From Magallana gigas (Eukaryota), in contig NC_088859.1 of assembly GCF_963853765.1 (NCBI RefSeq), positions 36,642,001 through 36,706,000 on the forward strand: DNA of 64,000 nt, read 5' to 3'. The translations under genes and the position numbers were made by a program. Each line of letters starts with the position of its first letter. Position 1 is the stretch's first letter. Shown here piece by piece: positions 37,066-49,323 of the stretch. Under the pieces are notes generated by a model. The model did no database searches. It had not been told where the DNA came from and was given only the letters and a program-made list of their open reading frames with translations.

Positions 37066-40000
37066 ATGGTACTCTGCAGAAGGAGACGAATCTTCAAAGG
37101 AAAACTAGCGGGAATTGGTGTTGTGGTCCTAACGATCGTTGTCTTCACCCAATATCAAGGTAAGATTTCATGTTATATTTTTAATCAGAATTATAATTTC
37201 CACCTGTCCAAATTAATCATCGCTGTCATATAATTCCAGTTTATTCCAGTTTTGGTGTCTTGTTTTGTTTTACTTAATGCATTTCATTATGTTAATTGAA
37301 TCAAAGTTCATTAAAAGTCAAAGCGAACAAGTTAATTTTATTTGACATTGAATTTTTATTCATAGAAAACATAAAAAATGTTTTCATACAGTTAGTTATC
37401 GCTAATCCACATTTCTATGGCTAACATAGTAATTAAGATTTGGTTTAAGAAATTTCTATGGTATAAAAAAATAAAAAAATAAATATTGTTTACCTCCATT
37501 ATCTCTTATCTTGACAGTAAACTTTAAATCCTGGAGTCCACACCAATCATTGTCGCAATGATTTTTTCGGTTCGAGGCACTAACACAAAGTTAGCAGTGG
37601 TTCACAACACTTACATATAATGTTCGTACTACCGACAAAATTATCACATAGAATCAGACATTTTTTTTATCTGTTTGCTTTTTATATATCACGTAATGAT
37701 ATAATTTACTGTGTGGACAAATTGCATTTAACAATGCTGCACAATTCCAAAATGTCTGAAATGACAAATAAAAGTTCGGAATTTTCAATTTCTTAACGTC
37801 GGAAAGGAAATCTGACCCGTCTTGGTGAACTGAATGGCTTGATATAGTATCATTATACCACTATGAATATAAACAACTATATTTCAGAGGTGGGTTCTCA
37901 CCTGTGAAATTACACCTTTTCACGCTTATAGTAGTTCAAGATTTTGTGTCGGTAGATTGTTTTTTTTATTTTTTTTCAATTATCACAATATAATAGTTAT
38001 TTAATAGTAGAATAAGCAAAGTAATGCTGCGGGAACTTTATCATGCTAAATAGAAGTCCTTATTATAAACCAAAGTGTCTTAATGGCCCTTTAAGACAAT
38101 AATTAGAATAGAGGATTGTAAAATAACTTGCAAATCAAAGTACAACTATCACGCGAGTTTTTTTCTATATATATCCAAATTTACCCGTTAAAATGCACAG
38201 CAATAGAAAACAATTTTTCTTGTCACTCATAAACTATAGTATATATATTTGTCAATTAGATTGAATAAAGGGTCAAGTGGCATATAAAATTTAATTGATA
38301 AATGCAACATTCATGTCAAAGAAACAATGTAAGGATATCACGTTTTAGAATATGAAATGATTTCACTTAGTTTGCATGTCATCTAAAGTAAATTGTACAA
38401 AGATTTGTAAATGACTTCGATTTTAGAAAGTAATCATAGAATTAAAGGAATTAAAGAAACGAACATAATTGCATACATTAGCTATTTTGTGCTTTGCCGA
38501 TATTCCATACACCCTACACTATACATTGAAAAACCCTACGTAAAATCCATATTGAGAATATGCATAGCCCAATGTACCAGAAATATAATGACATGGTATA
38601 TATATCAAGCAACTAACAGCAAATCTCAGTTGCGATTTACTATCCTTTGTCTTTTATACTGGGTTCCAGACTAAAGTTCCATTTCATCGGTTTTCTTGCA
38701 CAATGATATGCAAACGATAGTTTGCAGTAAATTCATAATTATATTGGTTTTCCTCATTATTATAATGTATTAGTCTTTCATACGAGGAATAAATTACACA
38801 CATGATCATTTCTGCCTCCTGTGCATTGGTATGAAACTATTGTATGGAACGCACACATGTGAATCACATATGACAATGATGCAAATGATTTCATTCTCTT
38901 CATTGTAGATTTTTTGTTCCTGAATTGCTGCAGCAGCACACAACAAAAGAACTACGAATGGCACCTAACTTCTCCCTCTTTTATGATTCGCACAACAAAT
39001 TTATCAGAGATTTTTGTAGAAGTAAAGCCAAACAACAAGAATAACATTTCAATATTTAAAGCAGAATCTTCGAAAGTTCTTGTAAGTACAGTATAGAGTA
39101 AATAGTGTTTTGAACACCATCAGTAAATTATTAATAAACAGAACCTTGATTGTAACATCTGTCAAATATGACTATTGTTTGATATTCGTATGAAGTATGT
39201 ACACTTTGTTAAAATGGCGGACTCAGGGCCCCGTACATATCTCACAACTGCGATGAATATTAATTTTACAAGAAAGTTGATTTTCCTTACATTAGTAAAC
39301 CTTTTAAAATATGTAATCGATTTTTTCCAGATCCAAACGGCTGCACGAACAGAAACGTATATAAACAAGAGACTGCAAAGGCACCACCAAGCCTGTGTGG
39401 GTAAAGAGTTTATTATTGGCCGAGAGCCGGACCGTAGCATACCATTTCATTTTCAAGTTAGCAAGTCCCATCAACTAATATACTGCAGCATAGAAAAGGC
39501 AGGTACCACCTTCTGGAGGAGAGTGTTGCAAGTGTTGGACTCTACCAACCTGGACAATCCTTACCAAATCAAACCTTTAAATGTTAATAAACATTCTCAG
39601 TCTCTAGCTAAGGAGGACATTTTTCGTATGCTGGCCAAACTACGCACACATGCAGTATTTATGTTTGTAAGAAATCCATTCAGTAGACTTTTATCGGGAT
39701 ATTTAGATAAAATATACACAGCTAATCCTTATTATTGGGGCATGATTGGCAAAGAGATTCGGTCCCCTGAGATGAATAACGCCATAATGCGATTGGACAA
39801 GATGAAAACTCTGCGAAGAATTGAAAAGACACAAATACCTTGCTATCACGATATCACTTTTGATGAATTTATCCAATATGTCATTGATGCAGAAAACACA
39901 ACAAGTCATAAGCGAGATCCCCATTTCATGTCCATGTACGACCTGTGTAAACCGTGTCAAATAAACTACGATTTTATTGGCAAAATGGAAACTTTTAAAA

Positions 40001-40500
40001 ACGATTTTAATTTCATCATGGGAGCTTTAAACATTTCTAAATTTGATGTAAACGATTTGGAAAAGATGACAAGCGACGACATTTTTCTTGACGTTGCCAC
40101 TTCACTAGATGAGAGACGGAATGAAATTGTTAAATGCATGTCCATGCACGAAGCATATCTTCGCTCTTGGAAACATATGCAAATTAGAGGGCTGATAAGC
40201 AATCAACAAAACTATCCATATAGCGAAAAACAGTCTCAGTATCTAAACCCTATCAAATTTGTGCGGACTCTGAGAACAGCCAGGAGTAAGTCAACATCTA
40301 AAGAGGATCTAAAAAGACAAAAGGAACAATATTTCGTTGATATATATAGAACAGTTGAGCTGAAAAAGTTAGAAAAACTAGTAAAAGTTTTAAGAAATGA
40401 CTTTGAAATTTTTGATTATGAAGCATATCCCGAAGCTGTTTTTGTAAAGAATATTAAAGAAAGACTGAATCATTCTGAAATATTCGATGTACTTCGATGA
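37066..40500 (+). CDS. Golgi carbohydrate sulfotransferase (Sulfotransfer_2 / CHST11-like family), about 478 aa
   Basis: Exons 37066-37159 (basic tail + TM GIGVVVLTIVVF), 38909-39081, 39331-40500 (1437 nt). PAPS-binding motifs YCSIEKAGTTFW (5'-PSB) and FVRNPFSRLLSGYLDK (3'-PB), plus DPHF...LCKPC.INYDFIGKMETF. Confidence 0.9.
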
Positions 40501-42353
40501 GAATTCATTAAAATAAAAAAAAATATATGTTCTGAAAGTACTGAAATGAATATGAAACCCCGCCTTTTGATTTCGTCCATATAATGAAGCTAGGATAGCT
40601 TTTTTTTCTTTTTTGCATTTCTTTAAAACTTTTTTTAAAAGCTTATTTTAAGCAATTTGTTGTAAGGTTTGAAATAAATTAGTTTTCGAATATATTATCT
40701 CAGATTTAAGGACCGATGGAAAAGTAGGTGAGTAATATGATACGGACATGCACAGAGTTCAAGATAAAATGAGTTATCAAGTGCTTGTAATTTACGCCAT
40801 TTCCACTCGATAACTGAAATTTAAAACTTATTTTATGGGAACGCTTACTCAATTCAAAGTCATTCTTGCTGAATAATAACACCAATTTACAAAAAAGAAT
40901 GTTAGTATTCGGAGTGGTGTCATAATTCAAGATATTTGTTTGTGACATATTATTTATTTATGTGACTTCTTTGTTTAATTTTTTCTGCTTAGCATTCTGT
41001 TAGGATAATGTTTATGATTAATCCTTTAATATATAACCGGTATGCTATAAAACTCCTGTTTCAGCTTTTGTACATTCAGATTTTTATTGCGACAGTTATT
41101 ATTTGAAAGCAACAAAGCTGTTTTATTAACAGGTGTTAAGGCTTTGGTGTTTTCAATTGTATGTGCTTTTCCTATATTTGCAGGTATACCACCCATCTTA
41201 AAAATGCAGATACGGATGCATAAGTAGGTAATCATGAATGTTTTTAATTAAAACGAAGAGTAATTTTTTCAATCAATAGACATTCTATTCGGTAAATTGC
41301 TATTCAAGCATATCGTCTAAGAACTGAAATTTAAAAAAAAAGACATATATAAACTATCTCTTTAGGACTATGTGCATTTCTGTATCTTCTTAGAAATAAT
41401 TAAATAATGTTAAAATAAGTTAATACATGACTATTTAAATTGTACATGCTTTTTTTTACTTCTTCACACATTTAGTTTGTATTTAAACACCTTTTTAAAA
41501 GGTTAGAAATTAAATCTATCTGTAATAGCGCTTATGCTCACCAGACTCAAAATATTTCTAATAATGTAACAAAGTTCGATATAAATCATTCATGACGTAC
41601 TAATGACAAGGTTAAAAGGAATGAACTATTTGTTAAAATGTTCAGAGACAGTTTAAAGACAATCAAAAGACGTAATATTTAATGTACAACTTCAGATACT
41701 GTTATTTTGTGACAACTACTTGATATGTTAACATCATGATGTTGATCGTAAGGACTGGTTTTACTACTTTATTTAAAAATAAAAGGTTACTCATTTACTA
41801 ATTATAATATAATAATTATATAAAAATGTGGCATGTTAACGTGTAATATATTTAAAAACAAAAGAAAAAAAAAACAAACCTCGAAGATACAGTTTTAAGC
41901 AGTTTACCTGTTACATGGGGCACAATTAAAGGCTCGAATACAAAGCAAGGTTCATGTGTGCTAATATCATAATGGCAATATACCACATGACTTTGTTGAC
42001 GTACATGCAACATTAATAAAAGTATATTAACACGCAAGATGTGATCATCTCAAAATTAAGAAAGATTTGATAAACAAACATATCATCTCCTATCCCTTTG
42101 CTTGACGAACAATTAACATGCATTTTTTCAAAATGTATTAACACACAGTTTACAAGCATATTGGCACTTTTTTATGTTCATAAGCAGTTTATCATACATT
42201 GTAATGCGAGATATTTAAAGATTAATGCTTTAATTTTTTTATGAAATCCGCAGTATTTTTCAGTAGGCGCGTATGAACATGGAAAGCTTAGATGACAGCA
42301 TTGTGGTTAGGGTACGTCTTTTGAGGTTTCATTGGGATAAAAAGACACACCGT

Positions 42354-43418
42354 TGTGGCAACGCAATTTGAAAAAATTATGCACTTTGAAAAAATTTTCG
42401 TTCGTTAAATTTGGGACCAAATCAAAACACTTTGAAAATTTTTTCAAAGTGCGTTAAAATTGTGACCAAGTTAACCAACTTTGAAAAACATTTTCGAAGT
42501 GCGTCATGAAGGTACATCAACATTTTTTAGCATCGAGACACTTAAAGCACTTTGAAAAAAAACAAATTCTAGAATTGACTTTCTATTTTGTTGACAGTAT
42601 GGTGATTTGTAAACACCAGTGATTCTCATTTACCGTCTTTGAGAACTAGGTTGAGGCCGGGAGTGGGGTTTAACCAAAGATACATGTCAATTACGAGTAC
42701 CCCATTTAACTGATTACGGAAAAAAGTTACCCTGCCCTTCATTTTTTCTTCCAAAACATATGATATTCAGCTTTGTTATGAATTAAGTACAGTACTGCAG
42801 TAATGAAAAAAGGGCTGACCAAACAATAATTTTTCCATTGGTATGTTAAAGAATCTATAAGTGTTTTAACATAAACCTTGTTTTTAAATTCTAATGAAAC
42901 AAATCACTCCATTTTAATACAAAGTTACATTGACAATCATTATATTATTATAAACTTTAAAAAAAAAAAAGCAGAAGGGTGTGTTTTTTTTCGCACTGAT
43001 CTTCTAAAAGATCATATTGATTTTAATAAACATAACTAACGTATCATTTTTTCCAGCTATGTTTGTTTATTAGCACATGCAATTGTTCTTTATGTGTAAA
43101 TTGTCAAACTAAGTAAGCTTATGAGAAAAGAAAAAGTAATTCTAATCGAGAAAATGTTTATCAAGTTAGCTTAGCATTCATTGGGTTCATATTTAGATAT
43201 ATCTCACTGAGCTAAACAAGGTTAAAATCAATGATTAATTGCATATAAAAGAATCAATTATTTCGACTACTGTAAACCCTGAACATTTTTTTGTCAAAGT
43301 GCGTTAATATCGACGAAATTAACGCACTTTGAAAAGAATTTTTTTTTGCGTTGACAACTTTAACGCACTTTTAAAAAAAATTTTCAAAGTGCATAATTTT
43401 TCAAAGTGCATTGTAACA
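42354..43418. mobile_element. Non-autonomous element with TGT...ACA termini and repeated subterminal GCACTTTGAAAA motifs (Ginger-like, tentative)
   Basis: ~45-bp imperfect TIRs (tgtggcaacgcaatttgaaaaaattatgcactttgaaaa vs reverse complement tgttacaatgcactttgaaaaattatgcactttgaaaa). About 10 copies of the motif in both orientations. No matching TSD found. Confidence 0.6.
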
Positions 43419-45845
43419 CAGCATGAAGAAATTGTATTTTGATGTCATATGTAAGAAACATGCCGAGATAAACAAACTGCATGTCAAAGTTTTTAACTTG
43501 CATGTTGACATGTACATGTAAATGAGGTGCATATTGCAAATTTGATGTCACTTATCAGCACTCATGTAAATGGCTTTCATTCGTCCATTTCTGGTTATAT
43601 TTAACATTCATGTCAACACAATTAAATTGAAAGTTTGCATATTTGTGTTGCTTGTCCTTATAATTATCTTGCACTCTAGGTGTAGAAAAGTAGAGTGCAG
43701 AAAAAGTGTCGTGATCAACAATGTATTTTCTAAGAAAGACAATCCAAAAGCGAGCACCTTCAAATGATTGTGTTATCTAAAGTACGTGTATGCATACTCA
43801 TCAAATGTTTTATCTGTGTCACAAAACTACTCAGGATTCATTTCATAAATGCACGATGCCTATATCAGCGAGTCTGTGATAACCTTACATGTATGTCCAC
43901 CAAGAATTAACTCATAAACTCATAATTAATTTTTTTTTTAAGGAAATGAAGCATGATTTTGATTTTATAACTGTTTGACGAATGAAATCAGTCGATATAC
44001 AGTAACTATATTTCATTTTTCAGATTTTAATCTTGGATGAATAATGTGATCTTACTTTTTCAAATAGGTTGGTAAAAACAAACAAAGTATTTGTACTAGC
44101 TTTTGGTTGGATGTTGGACATTTTGTAATAACTTTGATTGGATCGGATGATTGGATTGATAGATAATAATGTGAAATGCAAATTATTTCAAGTCAATGAA
44201 ATAAAAATTGTTGTTGAATTTTATTAATAAATGTGTCAGCTCATAAGTCATACGGCTTAGCCATTTCGAGAAAAATACAATTCAGCCATGATATTACAAG
44301 TTTTGTCTCATTGCAAACAGGGTATACTATATCTTTGTAATAAGTAAAAGAACTATAACTAAAATTAATTTTATTGTGAAAGTACTCTCATTCCTTAAAA
44401 AATACATATTTCTCGACTCTTGGGCATTGAGCAGGTAGGTTAAAATACATAAATATGGTTTATCTGGTATTGATCACGTAATAGTAAATAATTTGACAGA
44501 TAAACTGGTTGCAAATATATCATGCACATCATATATTATATACTTTCTTTTGTCAAGACAAACAAATAACGAACTGTTATACAATGGCCAATCGTTTAGC
44601 TTACACAAGGCACTTGGTGTTGGTGAGGTACACTCAGATGACCTTAAGGTTGAAATATAAAAGTTTTAAGTCTCATTTTTCGAACATATCAATCTATTTA
44701 AACCTTAAATAGGCCACAAACTCCTGTTGCAGTGTCTTTTTTATATAATCTGTGCGTGCCTTGGCAGGAACACACGAAGGTAAAGTAAGAATATTATAGT
44801 TCCTTACATATCAGTTAAACACATTCTAAAGACCTCGTGTATATTTTCCAACGGTGATGGTGTTGTTCAATTTCATAAAGAAGATTGGAGGGTTGTGGCC
44901 ATTAAAAGACACTATAAAATCATACCTAAAATTATGATGAAGATCTTATGGGTCATGTCGACGTCCTTCTGAGAGATTTTAATCTTAATATTAAAAATAA
45001 GCATAATCAGGGCTACTTTAAAGTAGTCGTAATGCATATTTTTAATGTAAAAATTGAAGTAAACACAATGCATATTTTTATCAGAAGGACAGTATTCTGA
45101 TATTATGATGTGCTACTGTGACAACTCTACCTTTAAATGTGATTATGAATATATTTAATGAAAAAGAAATGAAATCTGTCCATATTTAAACTTTTATTTT
45201 CCTTACAACTTTACAATACAGCACATGGACAAATAATTCAATGAAACATATGAATATCAAAGGAACACATGTAGGATAAATATATTATACATATCAAAAC
45301 AAGAATACAATATAAGAAGCAATTTTACAAAATTCTATTTTGCTGAATTTCGCGACTTCACCTTCATGTCGTTTGTTTTATGAATCTTTGTGGTAAAACA
45401 AACAAGGACATATTTGCACAGGATGACACTATTGGTATACCTTGCTTCAAATAGATCCTCTAAAGTGTTCCCCAATAAAAAGGTATATCGATGAGACTCT
45501 GAGGATTAACATTAACTGCAAGTTGTCAGCATAAGAATTGCAGTTAATATTTGTTGTTGTTTTTTGAAATCTTAAACAAATGCGTAATTTGACGTCCTTC
45601 TTTAACAACCTAAATTTTATTATTTTTTTTTAAAGATTAAATTTAGTTTGTATTTTAACATCTATTACACTAAGTACTCTTGAATAATAAAATATAAATG
45701 AAATCAGGATGCTCAAAGTCAGTCTCTGCAGGCCTACAATATCAAACTTTTGTCTCTCATATATTGTATTCACATAATTATTTATTCTTGGAACATCATG
45801 GTATCACAACACTTAAGCGTTTTAAAACGTTGAACATTTAACATA

Positions 45846-46665
45846 AACTAGACTTTGACCCGTGCGTGCACGGGTTGACATTGTATATTATATCGAACAA
45901 TTACGAAATAGATATATCGACATACGGTATTGTTGCCATTTACATAATAAAGCTTTAAGCCTACAATAATGCTATTAATTTTACTACATTCTGCTTACTT
46001 AGAGTAATCTGTGTCTCGTGACAGGCCTATACCACAGTTAAAATGCCTCCCATATACCCGTAATATAGCAAAAAATTGCAGAATCGCTCCGAAACGACTT
46101 TGGAGAAAATTAATGAAGCTGCATTGAAAATAACAGTCAAATTATTCATAATAAACCATTCTGAGGCTGTAAATACCTCTCATCTAAAAAAATTTATTAA
46201 TATTAATGAAGAAGCAATGTTTTTCACTCGCTTCAAGTTGACATTCGGAACTATCGGGATTTTTCATATGAAATGCACTGAGTTAGAGCTATCTCTCGTA
46301 TTTCCTTTGAGAATATATATATGACAAATTTGAAAATTTACACGAATTTGTGATATCGTTTCTGAGTTTATCCATGCAAGTGTGATATTGTGGAAACAAA
46401 AACTAAACTCGAGCCTCCCGTGATTTAGCGTTATATAATGTAATGCATGCGCAAAATTGTAAAATCAAAAAAATCCAGATGATTTCCGGATTTTTAAAGG
46501 AATTTTTGTTGATTACTAATTAGCGAAGCTTGATTAAGAAAAAAATGGTAATCTTCAAGTGCCAATAATGTTTAAATTATATAAAACAAATGACAGTACT
46601 CTTCCGATATCTCGGAATTAAAGCCCAACAATTTGAGTCTATTATTCTAATATAGTAGTAAAGAT
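45846..46665 (+). mobile_element. Non-autonomous Helitron/Helentron-like element
   Basis: Starts AACTAGAC...CCCGTGCGTGCACGGG (subterminal hairpin) and ends TAATATAGTAGTAAAGAT, the end architecture of Lep1/MINE-type rolling-circle derivatives. Confidence 0.65.
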
Positions 46666-48004
46666 ATTGATCATAAATATTTTGTCTACATTGTTATTTT
46701 AGTCATGAAAATGAAGTTTAATGGCATTTTCAATGTTACTTGATATTTGCAGGGATTTTTTTAAGTGTAGAGGTTTTTGACAATCTCATAAACTCAATAA
46801 AAAAATAATGATAATTTGTACTTTCTGACTACGAGTAAAAGTTTGAGGTGTTTAAATGATCTTGGACTAGGGCAAATATCTCAGTCATTTAACAGATACC
46901 TATCAATTATAGATCAACACTTGAAATGTGTTGGCACATGCAGCAATAGCACAGAGAAGCAACCTTTGTTTGCTTTTTGAATTTTGTTTCTATTTGGCAA
47001 TGAAATTCTATACTGCCTGTGTAGAAATTTAAAGTTAAGCCAGAGACGGCTTCATGATTCTAAAGCCTAATTATAGCGAACGAAGAGAACCAGTGCGCGC
47101 GGGAAAAAGAACGAGTTAAACAGATTTATCAAGAATTTTTTTTGGCAACATTCCATAATGCCGTAATTAACGATGCCTTGAGGTTTGAAGACACGTTTTG
47201 ACTAGCGCACGAGCTTTGGTGAGACCCAAAACTTTTTACATGCTTCCATTCGTTCAGATACGTAAACAAATGATTATAGAGTATAATGTATGACGTCGCT
47301 GTGATCTTGCGCTATATCTTTTTTTTGGGGGGGGGGGGGGTGATATAGAGATATATATACAAGCAAGTTGGTTGATAACTGTCAAAATATCACTTAGTTG
47401 ACAATGATGCAAGGTACATGTATGTGTTATTCTTGCTGCGCTCGCCACAACGGTAGCACCGTCAAACATATTTATTTCAAAATTGTTTTTCTTTTTTTTT
47501 CTTTTTTTTACAAAGTTCACCAATAGGCAATGTTATCATACATGGATGTAATTTAATGATTTTTTAAAGATGACAATATTTTATAGCTATAAGTTATTGG
47601 TACCTACTTTTTAGCAAAGTCTTTGGTATCAGCTTTGATTTTCAGGATTTTTTCAAAATGACGTATTTTCCTTGTAATCAATGAAATTTGGAAAGCTCTC
47701 TTAACTTTGCAAGGATATTTTAGATTTAAGACTGCATTGAAGAATTATGATAAAACATTGACACAGAGCTTTTTTCGCTTTGACATCACAAAAATGTTGC
47801 ATGGTATCGTACACACTGGTTCTCTTGAAATGTATTAACTTTTTTTAACATCATACATATACCAGTACTGACAATCTCTATCATCTAAATATACTTTCAG
47901 TACATGGTACGCACATTTATACAATGATCACGGTAGGTGTGCAACAATAGCAAATTAAAAATAAAATGAAAGTTGTTTTCTTTATTAAGGGTCGGAGAAG
48001 AAGG

Positions 48005-49288
48005 TTAGAATTGAGAGGTACTTGATGAAATTTTCTTCAAACTCATTAATCTTTCATTATTTTCGTGTTGGAAGCTTCCGTTCTTGATGGAGGAAATTTG
48101 TGTTCCGCACATCTGTGCTCTTTGCATGCTTCCGGCGCTGAGATCAGAGTAGTCTCCCGAATCTCGATCCCGAAACAATTTTCTGCTACACTTCACGCAA
48201 GACAGTAATTTCCGATACTCTCGCTTGAACTTTGACTAGAAAATATAAAAGCTATATTTTATTACGGAGTAGTGTAACGATTTTCGAAAATTTCACAATG
48301 AGTCAATTTCCCAAAAAATACCAATTTGCAGAAATGTTTTATTTTATTTTGAAAGAAAAATAGACACGAATTTCAGGTGAGCTAAGCCACTGTCTTTGCA
48401 AAGTTAGACACAAGCATAACCATTTACCAATCTCCTTTTTTGCCTTGTCAAGGTTTCTGATAGGTCGAGTTTCCCCTCTCCCTTCAAATTGCTCCCGACT
48501 AGACGTGCTCAACTAATGTTTTATATAATTTGTCGAAAACACCAATGCTATGATTCTGACAAAACTGTTTAAGATATATCTTACGACGATTTTAAGATTG
48601 ATTTTACTCTGATGATTTCAAATGATTATTGAAATTTGTGTGCTACTGGGGTTTTTTTTGTGTGAAATATTTATTCTAGTAAAGCAAATACATGTACATG
48701 TAATGCTGCAATAAGGCACATGGGCAACTCAACTGAATAAGATGTACTACATGTCATTGATGTTTCACAAAACTATATCAGCTTCAACTTATTAAATATG
48801 ACTTTTAATTCAAAAATCGATTGGACCTATCACAGACTAAAAAAATACAAAATTAGAAAATACACCTACATGTAAACTGCTGGTATTTTCATCTCATAAA
48901 ATGCAGTGTAGAGTTAATTTGTAACAGAAGTTGATGAATTAATCATACTACTCCCTAAAATTTTTTGCTATTTTCATGTCAAAAGGCTTCATCATTTTTT
49001 TCATTAATTGTCAATTTCACTATTTCAAATGCAGGCACGTAGCATCAGGGGGGGCCAGGGGGGCCTGCCCCCCCCCCCCCCCACTTTTTCTCGCAGCAAC
49101 AAATTTTTTAAAATGTACATATAAAAAATGGAATAATCATGGAGTTGCCCCCCCCCCCCACTTTTTTGGGAGTATGTAAAAAATTGATATGAAAATAAGG
49201 AAATGAGGAGTGAAATTGAAGTTATATAGTACGCCAGCACCCCCCCCCCCCCCCCCGGATTAGGATTTTGAAGATTTTGGAAAACTTT

Positions 49289-49323
<35 letters not shown>

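Noticed and set aside
45400-45545. YADN-like motif on the minus strand suggesting an RT remnant
   Set aside because: No flanking RT motifs and the frame closes within ~30 codons.
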